The position numbers and the translations under genes are program-made. From a virus (Duplodnaviria > Caudoviricetes), in IMG/VR virus record IMGVR_UViG_3300017716_001697, positions 192,001 through 256,000 of that record: 64,000 nucleotides of DNA. One strand, 5' to 3'. Positions 51,005 to 60,762 of the stretch are shown here, in pieces (within the stretch, counting starts at the first letter, position 1; each line of letters begins with the position of its first letter). The notes beneath the pieces were generated by a model, which saw only the letters and a program-made list of their open reading frames with translations, ran no database searches and had not been told where the DNA came from.

Positions 51005-51458
51005 CAGTGGACGCGAAGATGCCTTCTGCGATATCGCTAAGGTAGAAGAAAAATACAACGCAAAGTTTGTCGGTCAGTTCTGCCTGAAGACCAGGGACGG
51101 CCAGTGGGCTAACAGTCCTGCTGATGTGTACTGGCAAGCCACGCCACCTGTAGCTGGTTATTCCAACTATTTTGGACTCATTATCCAAGGCGGCACACTG
51201 TACATTACGAGCGGTGCAGCTGGTGTCGAGCCAATCATCACTGCCGCTGTAGCAAAGGATGGCGAGATTATCTATAGTCGTTACAGGCACGATTATCGCA
51301 CATCCAAAGATGGATCAGTGTTCATCGACGGCGGTCGCGATTACACCAAGGGTGGTAACGGCAAGTACATCAATATCAAAGTCGTTGACGGCGAGTTCTA
51401 CGAAGTGGAAGATAGCGACTTAGCTGTTGCTACTGAAAAAGGTTGGATTGAGCCGTGA
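50985..51458 (+). CDS. Hypothetical phage protein
   Basis: IYSRYRHDYRTS..GSVFIDGGRDY. Confidence 0.8.
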   Translation: MKKITVNSGREDAFCDIAKVEEKYNAKFVGQFCLKTRDGQWANSPADVYWQATPPVAGYSNYFGLIIQGGTLYITSGAAGVEPIITAAVAKDGEIIYSRYRHDYRTSKDGSVFIDGGRDYTKGGNGKYINIKVVDGEFYEVEDSDLAVATEKGWIEP

Positions 51459-51739
51459 GAGACTATGCACAGGCAATTGAAGAAGTCGTGAGTGGCAGGA
51501 CTGCTGCTAGTTACAATGACTATCGATCTATGTATGACAGCATCTCAGCACATATGATTGCATATATTTTCAAGATCGACATTAGCATTGTATTCAGCGA
51601 TATAAGAACTGCTAAGGAAGAAATTGAAATTGCTAAGAAAGCTGCTCGTAAGGCAGCATCACAGGTAGGAAACGAGGAGCGCCGATTGGCAAATTTAGCC
51701 AGGCGCCGTAACGATGATGCAAATAGATCCACAGATTAA
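51455..51739 (+). CDS. Hypothetical protein
   Basis: GTGA overlap; basic coiled-coil tail. Confidence 0.6.
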   Translation: MRDYAQAIEEVVSGRTAASYNDYRSMYDSISAHMIAYIFKIDISIVFSDIRTAKEEIEIAKKAARKAASQVGNEERRLANLARRRNDDANRSTD

Positions 51740-51871
51740 AGAAGACCTCATTAAGATATCTAAGTTCGATATGAAGACTAAGATTAGTTTGTTGTGGATG
51801 GTTCCGTGGCTTGTCAGCGTCATTGCATTTGAAACATTTATAGCGTGGGCAACCACAAAGAAAGATACAAA

Positions 51872-52045
51872 ATGATTACCTGGACATTAGTATTCTATAT
51901 CAGCCATGGATTCGGCCTTGGCGCGACCGGTGGGCCTGCTGTCATCGACGGGTTTACTTCTGAGGAGAAATGCTTGGCGGCAAAGGCACAGGTGGAGAAA
52001 TTAAAAGGTTTTGATTATGCATATTGTTTAAGGATTGAAAAATGA
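51872..52045 (+). CDS. Family E small protein
   Basis: WTLVF...GG...FTSEEKCLAA...YCLRIEK. Confidence 0.7.
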   Translation: MITWTLVFYISHGFGLGATGGPAVIDGFTSEEKCLAAKAQVEKLKGFDYAYCLRIEK

Positions 52046-52251
52046 AAAAGATAGAAGGACTTATTATTCCAATGGAAGTTGGTGATATGATTGTTGTTGC
52101 TAGCCTTAAGGAACAGATTGGTTACCTTAAGAAGGATAACAAGAAGATTCGAAAGCTTGATGACATTCCTGACTTCAAGATGCAAGATCTGATAGCAAAC
52201 GAACAATTTATTAAGCATGCCGAATATGTAATTCAATACTACGGCGGTTGA
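52042..52251 (+). CDS. Hypothetical protein
   Basis: ATGA overlap. Confidence 0.6.
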   Translation: MKKIEGLIIPMEVGDMIVVASLKEQIGYLKKDNKKIRKLDDIPDFKMQDLIANEQFIKHAEYVIQYYGG

Positions 52252-52252
52252 T

Positions 52253-52852
52253 ATGAATGCATTCGAAATTTTAGCAGACGCGGCCATACGTTACTATCAA
52301 TTCAATCAACATGGCAGGCCTTACCACAATTATGCACATGCCATGCATGTACTGAATCATGTCGGTCAGGATGCAAGTCTTTCAGTAAGGATTGCTGCCG
52401 TGTGGCACGATGCAGTCTATATTCCACGTGGCCATGTTAACGAGCAGGCTTCGTCTGACGCGCTGACGTACGAATGGATTGAGAATAAAATCGCTGAGAA
52501 CATTCCTGTGCTTCATGCTGCCAACAAATTGATCGAAGGTACAGTGGTTGCTAATCATCTGCGTACTACCGCACTGGATGCTGATTCCGATATGGCATTG
52601 CTGTTGGATGCCGACCTTGCTAGTCTCGGTGCACCATACGATGTGTTTGTAGGTAATCAAGCCAACATCATTCTGGAAAATGGTGGAGATCCGGATAAGA
52701 AAGAATCCCGTATCCTATGCGGTAACTTCCTGAATGCATTTCTTACATGCAGGCCGTATATCTATCACACTGCGGCGTTTCGTGAAAAATATGAATCTGC
52801 CGCAAAAGATAATATTCGAAAATACGTTAAGTCACATGGTAGTGCAGAGTAA
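52253..52852 (+). CDS. HD-superfamily metal-dependent phosphohydrolase
   Basis: YHNYAHA, VWHDAVY, LLDADL motifs. Confidence 0.85.
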   Translation: MNAFEILADAAIRYYQFNQHGRPYHNYAHAMHVLNHVGQDASLSVRIAAVWHDAVYIPRGHVNEQASSDALTYEWIENKIAENIPVLHAANKLIEGTVVANHLRTTALDADSDMALLLDADLASLGAPYDVFVGNQANIILENGGDPDKKESRILCGNFLNAFLTCRPYIYHTAAFREKYESAAKDNIRKYVKSHGSAE

Positions 52853-52894
52853 AATCTGTGCTATAATACACAGTAACACAGCACAAGGTATATC

Positions 52895-53080
52895 ATGAAG
52901 ATTAACGATTCTGCACTGAAAGATTTGTTGGAGAAGATGGTTAAAGATATTAAGACCGGCTTCCACGATAGCGAAACTGCATGCATTGCTAACTTCAACG
53001 GTGTGCAGATTCATGTGAAAGTGACTGTTGATGCTGAAGAATTCATTGACAGCACCGCAGACAAGATCATCACAGGCTAA
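52895..53080 (+). CDS. Hypothetical protein
   Basis: RBS AAGG, -10 box upstream. Confidence 0.65.
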   Translation: MKINDSALKDLLEKMVKDIKTGFHDSETACIANFNGVQIHVKVTVDAEEFIDSTADKIITG

Positions 53081-53081
53081 T

Positions 53082-53840
53082 ATGAAAACAGTAACTCAAA
53101 AGGTAGCATTCGCACGTGGTCTACCAAAGTGGCCACAATTGCTCATCACAGGGAAGAATGTAACGGCCACGCAGGCCAAAGACATTATCTTCCATACCGA
53201 TTCGTTCATGAGTGCAAATCACTATGGTGGTAACAACCACGAGTGGAACGAATGGGTTAATGCTGCGTTAGGTAGAGCAGAATTGGAGAACATAAAGGAC
53301 TTTAACCGCAGTTGGCGTATTAAAGACAAACTCAACGAAGAATTAAAGTTTGTAAGTACAGAATACTTACACAATGACTGGATGTCTAGCTCATATATCT
53401 ATGGCCCACACGGCTGGTGCTCGCCGGATGGCATCATCTCTCATGTTGACAACGTAGGTAAATGGCCGGGTGTTGAAGAAGTGTATAACGACTTGGTCAC
53501 CATTGCTGCGGCATTTCCGTATCTCGTCATGACTGCCACTCTGTATGATCAGGAACACTGCGAAGACGAGGTCGAGAAGAAACCGGTAATCACGTTTGTC
53601 GTTAAGAAAGGCAAGGTGAAACTTACTGACGAACACACCGAACATCACTTCGATGTACCAAAGCCTGATCGAAGCGACGGTGCTATGCTTCGCAGATTTA
53701 GTTTGGCCAGCACCGAACAAGGTGTACCAGATAGCTGGATTCTAGACTGGGAGGGCGAATATAGTGCCGCGGTGAAACGTGCGCTTGCTCGCCAGGACGA
53801 AGAAGACCGTACAACACCAGCAGAAGAAGAGACTATGTAA
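53082..53840 (+). CDS. Hypothetical phage protein
   Basis: LPKWPQLLITG...SSYIYGPHGWCSPDG...VGKWP. Confidence 0.8.
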   Translation: MKTVTQKVAFARGLPKWPQLLITGKNVTATQAKDIIFHTDSFMSANHYGGNNHEWNEWVNAALGRAELENIKDFNRSWRIKDKLNEELKFVSTEYLHNDWMSSSYIYGPHGWCSPDGIISHVDNVGKWPGVEEVYNDLVTIAAAFPYLVMTATLYDQEHCEDEVEKKPVITFVVKKGKVKLTDEHTEHHFDVPKPDRSDGAMLRRFSLASTEQGVPDSWILDWEGEYSAAVKRALARQDEEDRTTPAEEETM

Positions 53841-53847
53841 ATAGTCG

Positions 53848-53876
53848 TTGACCTTATTGTCCACCTGTTGTATAAT
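53848..53876 (+). promoter_or_regulatory. sigma70-type early promoter
   Basis: TTGACC-N17-TATAAT. Confidence 0.75.
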
Positions 53877-53882
53877 ATGTGT

Positions 53883-54152
53883 ATGCAAAAGACAAAATAC
53901 ACAGTTTACTGGACATATGGTGGACAACATCCACATTCATTGTCCACGTTTAATATGGGCGAAGCAATGGCCCACATGGAATCGTTGCGAAAGAATGCAA
54001 AAGAAGTCGGCAATTCCGCAATCGTATTAGCATGTGAGAACGCTGACCGGGTGGGCGAGGACGGTGTTGATGAAGTGAAGGACGGAAAGACACCAGACGG
54101 TGTGGACTACACCTGGAACAAGAGTTCACGCATTGGAGCAACACGCAAATGA
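53883..54152 (+). CDS. Hypothetical phage protein (near-leaderless)
   Basis: VGEDGVDEVKDGKTPDG.DY.W.K. Confidence 0.75.
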   Translation: MQKTKYTVYWTYGGQHPHSLSTFNMGEAMAHMESLRKNAKEVGNSAIVLACENADRVGEDGVDEVKDGKTPDGVDYTWNKSSRIGATRK

Positions 54153-54367
54153 CCACCCCAATTTCAGCTAACGGTGTGAACGGTATGTTGATACAGGTAG
54201 GTTTTGGCGTACTAATGTTCCGCGTCTACAACGCAGATCACACATTCACTGACTACGATATTCATCACGCTGACTTGTCAGTAACTATCAACGATACGGA
54301 TGCATTCTTCTATCGTGATGGCACAAATCGTATCGACCATTCTCCTGCAACCTTAGGATTAAAATGA
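54149..54367 (+). CDS. Hypothetical phage protein
   Basis: FRVY...FTDYDI.H.DL.V.I.D...IDHSP.TLG. Confidence 0.75.
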   Translation: MTTPISANGVNGMLIQVGFGVLMFRVYNADHTFTDYDIHHADLSVTINDTDAFFYRDGTNRIDHSPATLGLK

Positions 54368-54527
54368 GCCAACTTGCCGATCTTACACATATTGTGAAAA
54401 TGCATACCGAGACCGATGACAAGGCTGGTGCATTGTTTTGGGATATCCTAAACGCACTAGGATGGGATATCGAAGGTGTATGCAGTGCAGAAGATGCTGC
54501 CGTATATTTAACACTGGTCAGATAATC

Positions 54528-54698
54528 ATGCATCACTTTATTACATTTCTAATGCTTGTTATTGGATTGCTTGCAGGTCATGCTGTAGGAAACTACATGC
54601 GGAATGCACCACAGCGTGAAGCTATCGAAAAGTGCGAACAACCATTGCCGCGAGAGCAACATTGTAAATTGATATTTACGGCAGAAGTGGTGAAATAA
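54528..54698 (+). CDS. Family F single-TM protein
   Basis: AIEKCEQPLPREQHC. Confidence 0.75.
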   Translation: MHHFITFLMLVIGLLAGHAVGNYMRNAPQREAIEKCEQPLPREQHCKLIFTAEVVK

Positions 54699-54699
54699 G

Positions 54700-54876
54700 A
54701 TGGAACAGTTTTTAACAGGAATACTAGCTGGTTGGGCCATAGCTGCTGTATTAGTTATACTGGTGCCAGGTTCGTATAACGAACTAGCACGGAATGCTAT
54801 TGCCGAATGCGAAAAGAACTTACCACGTGATCAACATTGCACTGTCATCGGTGTAAAGAAGGAAGACTCGAAGTGA
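54700..54876 (+). CDS. Family F single-TM protein (58 aa, absent from ORF track)
   Basis: AIAECEKNLPRDQHC. Confidence 0.75.
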   Translation: MEQFLTGILAGWAIAAVLVILVPGSYNELARNAIAECEKNLPRDQHCTVIGVKKEDSK

Positions 54877-55109
54877 GTAACATCAACACACGTACATATG
54901 TTGAAAATTTTGTCAGGACGCCCACGAAAGGATTACGTACTAAACTACGAACCGAGCTTCGCGCACGTGGGGTAACTGGTAAATTTGGCACTGATGAAAT
55001 GCGTGACGGAAGATTGCGCGTTAAGGGCAATGTTAGCGATACCTCATTGACGATGTTTGATGGGCATCCAGTTTATTATGTTTTGGAGAAAAAGAATGAC
55101 ATTATTTGA
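54873..55109 (+). CDS. Hypothetical protein
   Basis: GTGA overlap. Confidence 0.55.
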   Translation: MSNINTRTYVENFVRTPTKGLRTKLRTELRARGVTGKFGTDEMRDGRLRVKGNVSDTSLTMFDGHPVYYVLEKKNDII

Positions 55110-55524
55110 ACGAATTAAGGCAGACCAATTGGCTTCACGTAAGGCACACAATGCACTGGCATCATCCCTGTTGACTACGTTAATTGGTGAAGCAGCAGCC
55201 ATTGGCAAGAACGCGGGCAATCGAGATGTCACGGATGCCGAAGTGGTTGCACTAGTGAAGAAGTTCACTAAGGGTATGGACGACACGCTAGGCTTCTTGG
55301 GTGGCACCAATCCAGAGGCTACTGCGGTAGTAGTGGCAGAAAAGGGTATTTTGGCTAAGTATCTGCCACTACAGTTGACAGAACTTGCATTGCGCCATGC
55401 TGTTACGAGCATTATTGCAACAGAAGGCAACAACATGGGTAAGGTGATGGCTGCATTGAAATCTCGTTACGACGGTCAGTACGATGGGAAGATGGCATCA
55501 GCCATTGTTAAGGAATTGATTTAA
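55096..55524 (+). CDS. yqeY: GatB/YqeY domain protein
   Basis: LFERIKADQL.ARK...L..LIGE...D.EV...VKKF...YLP.QL...NMGKVM..LK...G.YDGK..S..VK.L. Confidence 0.88.
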   Translation: MTLFERIKADQLASRKAHNALASSLLTTLIGEAAAIGKNAGNRDVTDAEVVALVKKFTKGMDDTLGFLGGTNPEATAVVVAEKGILAKYLPLQLTELALRHAVTSIIATEGNNMGKVMAALKSRYDGQYDGKMASAIVKELI

Positions 55525-55525
55525 C

Positions 55526-55741
55526 ATGTTAACAATCTATATCGTATCAGTCTTGTTTAGCTGGAGTGTATCGGGACTCCTGTTTTATTTACAAGGTGAT
55601 GTCACGGTGTCCGATATAATCTGCTCAGTTGTTGTGGGCCTGGTCCCTGTTATAAATGTAGGCATTGCAACTTCTATGATAGTGTTTATTTTTGAGCAAA
55701 CCGACATAATGAATAAGGTAGTATTCAGGAGAAAGAAATGA
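55526..55741 (+). CDS. Small membrane protein
   Basis: Hydrophobic; VPVIN motif. Confidence 0.65.
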   Translation: MLTIYIVSVLFSWSVSGLLFYLQGDVTVSDIICSVVVGLVPVINVGIATSMIVFIFEQTDIMNKVVFRRKK

Positions 55742-56214
55742 AACAAATGTATGTAATTACCGCGGCTGGTGGCCGCTACGACAGTGCATGGGAACGTGCA
55801 GAATTTGTCACAGACGACGAAACAAAGGGCGAAGAATTTGTTGCCGCACGGAATAAACTTTCACAAGAAGTTATTGCTGCCAACGAGCAGACAGAAATGG
55901 CCATGCAACATTGGCGCAAAGTAAATCCGTGTCCACCACAGTTACCATATACAGAATTGGCTGTGCCTAGTTTCGAAGGTATTAAACAGAAAAACATTAC
56001 TAAGGAAATGCGCGACGAACGCGATACTATCCGTGCTCACAACAATACGATGTTGTCTGTTTCAATTAAACCAGTAGGCGACTGGTATCGTAAACAAGAC
56101 GAAGCGTTGGTAGCATATAGAGCGGCAACATTCAAACCCGAAGTAGTCAAGGGTATTGAACACGGTTATCACGATACCAGCTGGACTATCGACCCTATTG
56201 CGTGGCTAGAATGA
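55738..56214 (+). CDS. Hypothetical protein
   Basis: 158-aa coupled ORF. Confidence 0.7.
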   Translation: MKQMYVITAAGGRYDSAWERAEFVTDDETKGEEFVAARNKLSQEVIAANEQTEMAMQHWRKVNPCPPQLPYTELAVPSFEGIKQKNITKEMRDERDTIRAHNNTMLSVSIKPVGDWYRKQDEALVAYRAATFKPEVVKGIEHGYHDTSWTIDPIAWLE

Positions 56215-56423
56215 ACGAACGAATCGAAGAATTCCGCAAACAATGTGATATGTACGACCGCGAATTCGGTACTTCATGGTTTGACCATAAAAAGTTTGCG
56301 GAATTGCTAATTAACGAATGCATCAAGGTCGCGAAGCAGCAACACGACCCGCACATTCTAAACTACAAACCAAGCGAACGGTTTGTAGAAGATTTACGAC
56401 AGCATTTTGGAGTCGCAGAATGA
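56211..56423 (+). CDS. Family D small protein
   Basis: MNERIEEF...KKFAELLINEC...RQHFGV. Confidence 0.8.
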   Translation: MNERIEEFRKQCDMYDREFGTSWFDHKKFAELLINECIKVAKQQHDPHILNYKPSERFVEDLRQHFGVAE

Positions 56424-56683
56424 ATGAACGAATTGAAGAAATTAGGAGCATATGCTACATACCGAATAGCCAGGATCGGTATGACATGGACAAGTTTGCA
56501 GAGTTGCTCATCGAAGAATCTCTTAAGGTAATGCAACAAGAGTGGTACGACCTGAACAACGCGCCTGCAGTTGAAAACGAATCTTCCCGCGACGTTGGTC
56601 TCAGGGTAGGACAGAAAAGCGAAGTTATTATGCTGATGGCAAAAATTCGCAATCACTTTGATTTTGGAGTAAAGAATGACTGA
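56420..56683 (+). CDS. Family D small protein
   Basis: MNERIEEI...DKFAELLIEE...RNHFDFGV. Confidence 0.8.
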   Translation: MNERIEEIRSICYIPNSQDRYDMDKFAELLIEESLKVMQQEWYDLNNAPAVENESSRDVGLRVGQKSEVIMLMAKIRNHFDFGVKND

Positions 56684-56915
56684 TGTAGTATATCTAACTG
56701 AACGTAATTTGCGTACATTGCTTTCTAAGCTAGAACGTAAAGCCAAGGGTGATACAACTATGTGTACCCTGATTAAGTACAAGCAAAAGACACCGGAATA
56801 CGCACAATCTATGGACGAATTAATGGTGGTTGCTGTAGCAGATGACATCTACTATGCTGCACAGAATCGCGTGGCGGGCGATGTTCATCCTCTCGATGCC
56901 CCAAACACAAAATGA
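56676..56915 (+). CDS. Hypothetical protein
   Basis: VYLTERNLRTLLSKL...V.AV.D..YY...AG.VHP. Confidence 0.7.
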   Translation: MTDVVYLTERNLRTLLSKLERKAKGDTTMCTLIKYKQKTPEYAQSMDELMVVAVADDIYYAAQNRVAGDVHPLDAPNTK

Positions 56916-57217
56916 CTATACTGGATGTCTTACGATACCCAGTCACGGATATCTATAACCTAGGAGAGATAGATGCGCTGCCTGCGAATCTGTTCATTGA
57001 TTGGGCAACAGAATGTTCCGGACAGCCACGAGAACGTATTGCAAAAGCAGAAGCATCGGCTGGCCTCACTCGCAAATCAATCACCCATGCAATGGTGTTA
57101 GCAAAAGTGCAGACTGAAACACGTAGACAGCACCGAAACTCTGGTTGGACAGATCTATACAAAGCACAGTTTCTGAAACGGTTAAAAGAAATGATAGCAG
57201 AGTATGAGCCTATTTGA
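56912..57217 (+). CDS. Family C small protein
   Basis: MTILDVLRYPVTDIY...W...LKEMIAEY. Confidence 0.75.
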   Translation: MTILDVLRYPVTDIYNLGEIDALPANLFIDWATECSGQPRERIAKAEASAGLTRKSITHAMVLAKVQTETRRQHRNSGWTDLYKAQFLKRLKEMIAEYEPI

Positions 57218-57458
57218 TGTACTTAGATACCAAATCAGCGTGCCACCTACTGAAGCAGAGTTAGAAGCACTTCCTAAGGGTATACTTAAAAAGTGGCTCG
57301 TAGAGATAGGAGCACTCGGCTGGCATTCTTACGACGACGCATCCCATTTGCCGGGGGTTATAGCCGAATACTATCAACGAAATAATCGAAGGGATGACCT
57401 TTTCGATATACCTACATTAAAAAGAATAATCAAGGAGCACGACAATGAGTCTCTTTGA
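57204..57458 (+). CDS. Family C small protein
   Basis: MSLFDVLRYQIS...LKRIIKEH. Confidence 0.75.
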   Translation: MSLFDVLRYQISVPPTEAELEALPKGILKKWLVEIGALGWHSYDDASHLPGVIAEYYQRNNRRDDLFDIPTLKRIIKEHDNESL

Positions 57459-57786
57459 CTTAATCCGATATCCGATTACCGATATATACGATCAGAGACA
57501 ACTAGATCATGTTCCACAATTTATAATTGACACATGGGTAGAGTTGTGTGCTGTTGATGCACGACTCGACTTAAAGGAATTTTTATCATTTAATGCGATA
57601 ACATCGTTGACTGGGTTGAATACCACAGTAAACATTATCAAGGTGTGTGTGAAGCAAAAGATACTTGCCCACAATCTGCGATCAATGCAGACGTCTGATA
57701 TGCTAACCGGGTTTGAAATAAAAGCACAATATACAAGGATGCTTCGAGAGCTTGTATATGAGAATGAGTACTACGGTGAGGTATGA
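57445..57786 (+). CDS. Family C small protein
   Basis: MSLFDLIRYPITDIY...LRELVYEN. Confidence 0.75.
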   Translation: MSLFDLIRYPITDIYDQRQLDHVPQFIIDTWVELCAVDARLDLKEFLSFNAITSLTGLNTTVNIIKVCVKQKILAHNLRSMQTSDMLTGFEIKAQYTRMLRELVYENEYYGEV

Positions 57787-59114
57787 GAGCTCGTGAATTT
57801 ATCGTAGAAATACAATGGTTCCATATCCTACGGGAAGCACATAAGAATATCACTATATTACCGTACACAAAAGATTTCTCCGGGGCAGTGTATATATCCA
57901 TACCAGACATAACAAACGAAGATCTATTATACATGAAGTTAATGCATCCTAATTTTAAATATAGAGAAGTATGACTGTAACATCGCATCAACCGAAATAT
58001 AAGTTCCAGTATGTAACAATCCTGTATAGCGATCTTCAAGAGCTACATAATTACATGAATGCATTGCCGAAGAGTTATGTTGTGTGCAGTCCAAAAGTGG
58101 TACCATCCGAGTTTACAACAGTCAAGACTCCGTGTAAACTACTGTTAGATATCACAGACGAAGAACTCTTATTCCTTAAACTAAAATTTAAAACATACGA
58201 TGTCGACGAACATAAAAGTAGCAAATGAACAGATACGATCATTGTTTGATACAGTGAAAATGTCTTGCGGCGAACCATTAGTGAAATACCTGCAATACAG
58301 AAATTCAAAGGATGGCGTATCCACATTTGCATTTACTAATGCAGCTGATAAGGAATCAGTAAACTTCATTACATTAAAATTCGATCAACCGGCAAACAAC
58401 CATGGCAATTCATAAGATATCAATCAGGGCAAGTGATTACACAAGGCTGGAAGATCTCATTCTAACCATGCCCGGGCGTGATGTAACGATAATGAGAGCC
58501 GACGAATACCCTGACGGCGATGCTCCATATACTGTAGTATATCTACGTCTAGAACAGACAGAAGATCTTTCATATATCTTGTTAATGGTGGGTGGTACAC
58601 AACTGCGACATCCATGACAAACATATATTCGGTACGTTTCGATCCCGAAACATCTGCCAACGAATATAGAGAAATAAGAATCTTCTTACGTCAAATCGAT
58701 GTTCCATTCAAACGGTATCTGCAACATGCACCGGATAATGCACAGATACGAATTACCTACGATCTGTATACAACTCCAGACAACATAAGTTTTCTATCAC
58801 TAAAATATAACAAATTTGAAGTGTTATCGACTATCAAAGGGTTCAATGGATAAATATCCTAAACGGGTATTATCATGGTCAATCATTACGAAGTTACAGT
58901 AAGCACAAAAGACAAAGATAAATTTCTGAATGACTTCTACGAAATAATTGATGCATATATCTTGTATCATACCATGGTTAGTATAGACACGGATAAGATT
59001 ACAATATCAATCAACGATGAGGATCTTGCATTCCTTGCGTTGCGTTATAAAATCGCCCCTTGTAGAATTAATAATGCTCTAACCTTGTTGACAGACTTCA
59101 ACATACTGCACTAA
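57783..59114 (+). CDS. Six tandem loose family A genes (57783..57974, 57971..58228, 58200..58415, 58402..58617, 58614..58853, 58875..59114)
   Basis: C-terminal motifs ITNEDLLYMKLMHP, ITDEELLFLKLKF, DKESVNFITLKF, QTEDLSYILLMV, TPDNISFLSLKY, INDEDLAFLALRY; overlapping starts and stops. Confidence 0.7.
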
Positions 59115-59152
59115 CCAATTTACACGGCCAGACCCGCATGTTATAATGTAAC

Positions 59153-59718
59153 ATGACTGAAGACGACACATTCAACAAGCTACGCAAACCCACATTCGAC
59201 GCAATGTATAACAATTATATCGGGTGGTTGAATAATGAATTTTCATTCAATGGGCTAACATTAACCCTCTGGCTCGATAAAAACAATTGGGACTATGTTG
59301 AATTTGCCAATGCATGCATAAAACAAGCAGAAGATCATTAAAATGACTGAAGATGATACATTCGGTGCCTTGCAGAGGGAAGACTTCCATAGTGTATATT
59401 CTCGATATCTACGAGCTAGTGATTACACACCCATATCGGACGAAGATCTAAAAGGCACGGGCTGGACATTGGTAGAATTTCAGATTGCATTTAATAAATG
59501 GTTGATATCAAATGCCAGCCAAGATGAATAAACAATACACAGAAGAAGATACATTCAATGCTCTTAGGCAAACAAAACTCGAACGAGTGCAAATAGCTGT
59601 CGCTGAAGCACAAGGTAGTAATTACCGATTAGAACATGCTGATCTGATTAAGGTATTAAAGGAACATAATTGGAAAGTATCCGAATACTGGAAACAAGTC
59701 AAGGCAGCATCAAAGTGA
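59153..59718 (+). CDS. Three tandem family B genes (59153..59341, 59343..59531, 59524..59718)
   Basis: TEDDTFNKLR, TEDDTFGALQR, TEEDTFNALRQ, each with a later (N/G)W..xEF/Y. Confidence 0.8.
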
Positions 59719-60175
59719 GAACATATCTCCTTCGTGTGAGTGACATAGATAAGAGTAAGTTAAATACCATTCTTTCTCTAGATCAGCGTATGAACATAAA
59801 CTCGGATTTGGACGAGTATGGATTTCAATTTAAACAATTTAATTTAACAGACGAAGAGCTTCTTGTGATTAAACTTATATTTCCATGGTGCATCCCGATG
59901 CTGCTAAAATGAAAACATTTCTACTCGAATTCAATGTTCACGCACCATTCTACAGTTACAGTCAAGATATTAAACGTATCGAGAAAGTAATAGGGACTAA
60001 GCTAATTCAGGTCGGTACATCCTATTCGCGGTTGCGCAGATTCGAATTGGACGACACCAGTGCCATTATTATACTCAAATTTGCATGCGATGATATTATC
60101 TTAAGCCTCAAACAAGTTGAAAAAATGGATAGTATGTTCGTCGATGATTACCGTGTGGTAGCAAATATATGTTAA
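59715..60175 (+). CDS. Two loose family A genes (59715..59912, 59909..60175)
   Basis: LTDEELLVIKLIFP; LDDTSAIIILKF. Confidence 0.7.
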
Positions 60176-60762
60176 CAGAAGAAGATACATTCAATGCACT
60201 TCGCAGAATACCGCTGCGGAAGATGCATATACTATTGAAACCGCTTTTGATGCATGACGCACCAGGCGAAGTAATAGATAACCTATTGCACGCCAATGGA
60301 TGGACACTCGACGAGTATTACACAGAAAGGGATGCCACAGCAATGGCACGTATCAATGCATACTGCTGAAGATACGTTCAACACGTTAAGACGCATACCA
60401 TTTGACATGGTAAGACAGACACTTATTACTATCGCTATCGGAACCAATGTAAAGACCTTCCTGGAAAGTAATGGCTGGACAGAAAAAGAATACAGTGATA
60501 TGTGGCATCACAAATACAATAATGGCGTGCTCTTGGTTGGGCGCACCAGATAACAATAATGACTGAAGACGACACATTTAACACCCTACGGAGGCCATCT
60601 GTTACGGAGATGTATGCTATTCTGCATAATCATTCATATAGCATAACCTTAAATAATCCTGTACTAGAACAGCACGGCTGGACACGAGAAGAATATGATA
60701 AAGCAAAGTCCGGGATAGATATGGGTATATTCAAAGAGATACGACGTAGGTTGAACAAATGA
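60169..60762 (+). CDS. Three tandem family B genes (60169..60369, 60356..60553, 60559..60762)
   Basis: TEEDTFNALRRIP, TAEDTFNTLRRIP, TEDDTFNTLRRP, each with GWT..EY. Confidence 0.8.
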
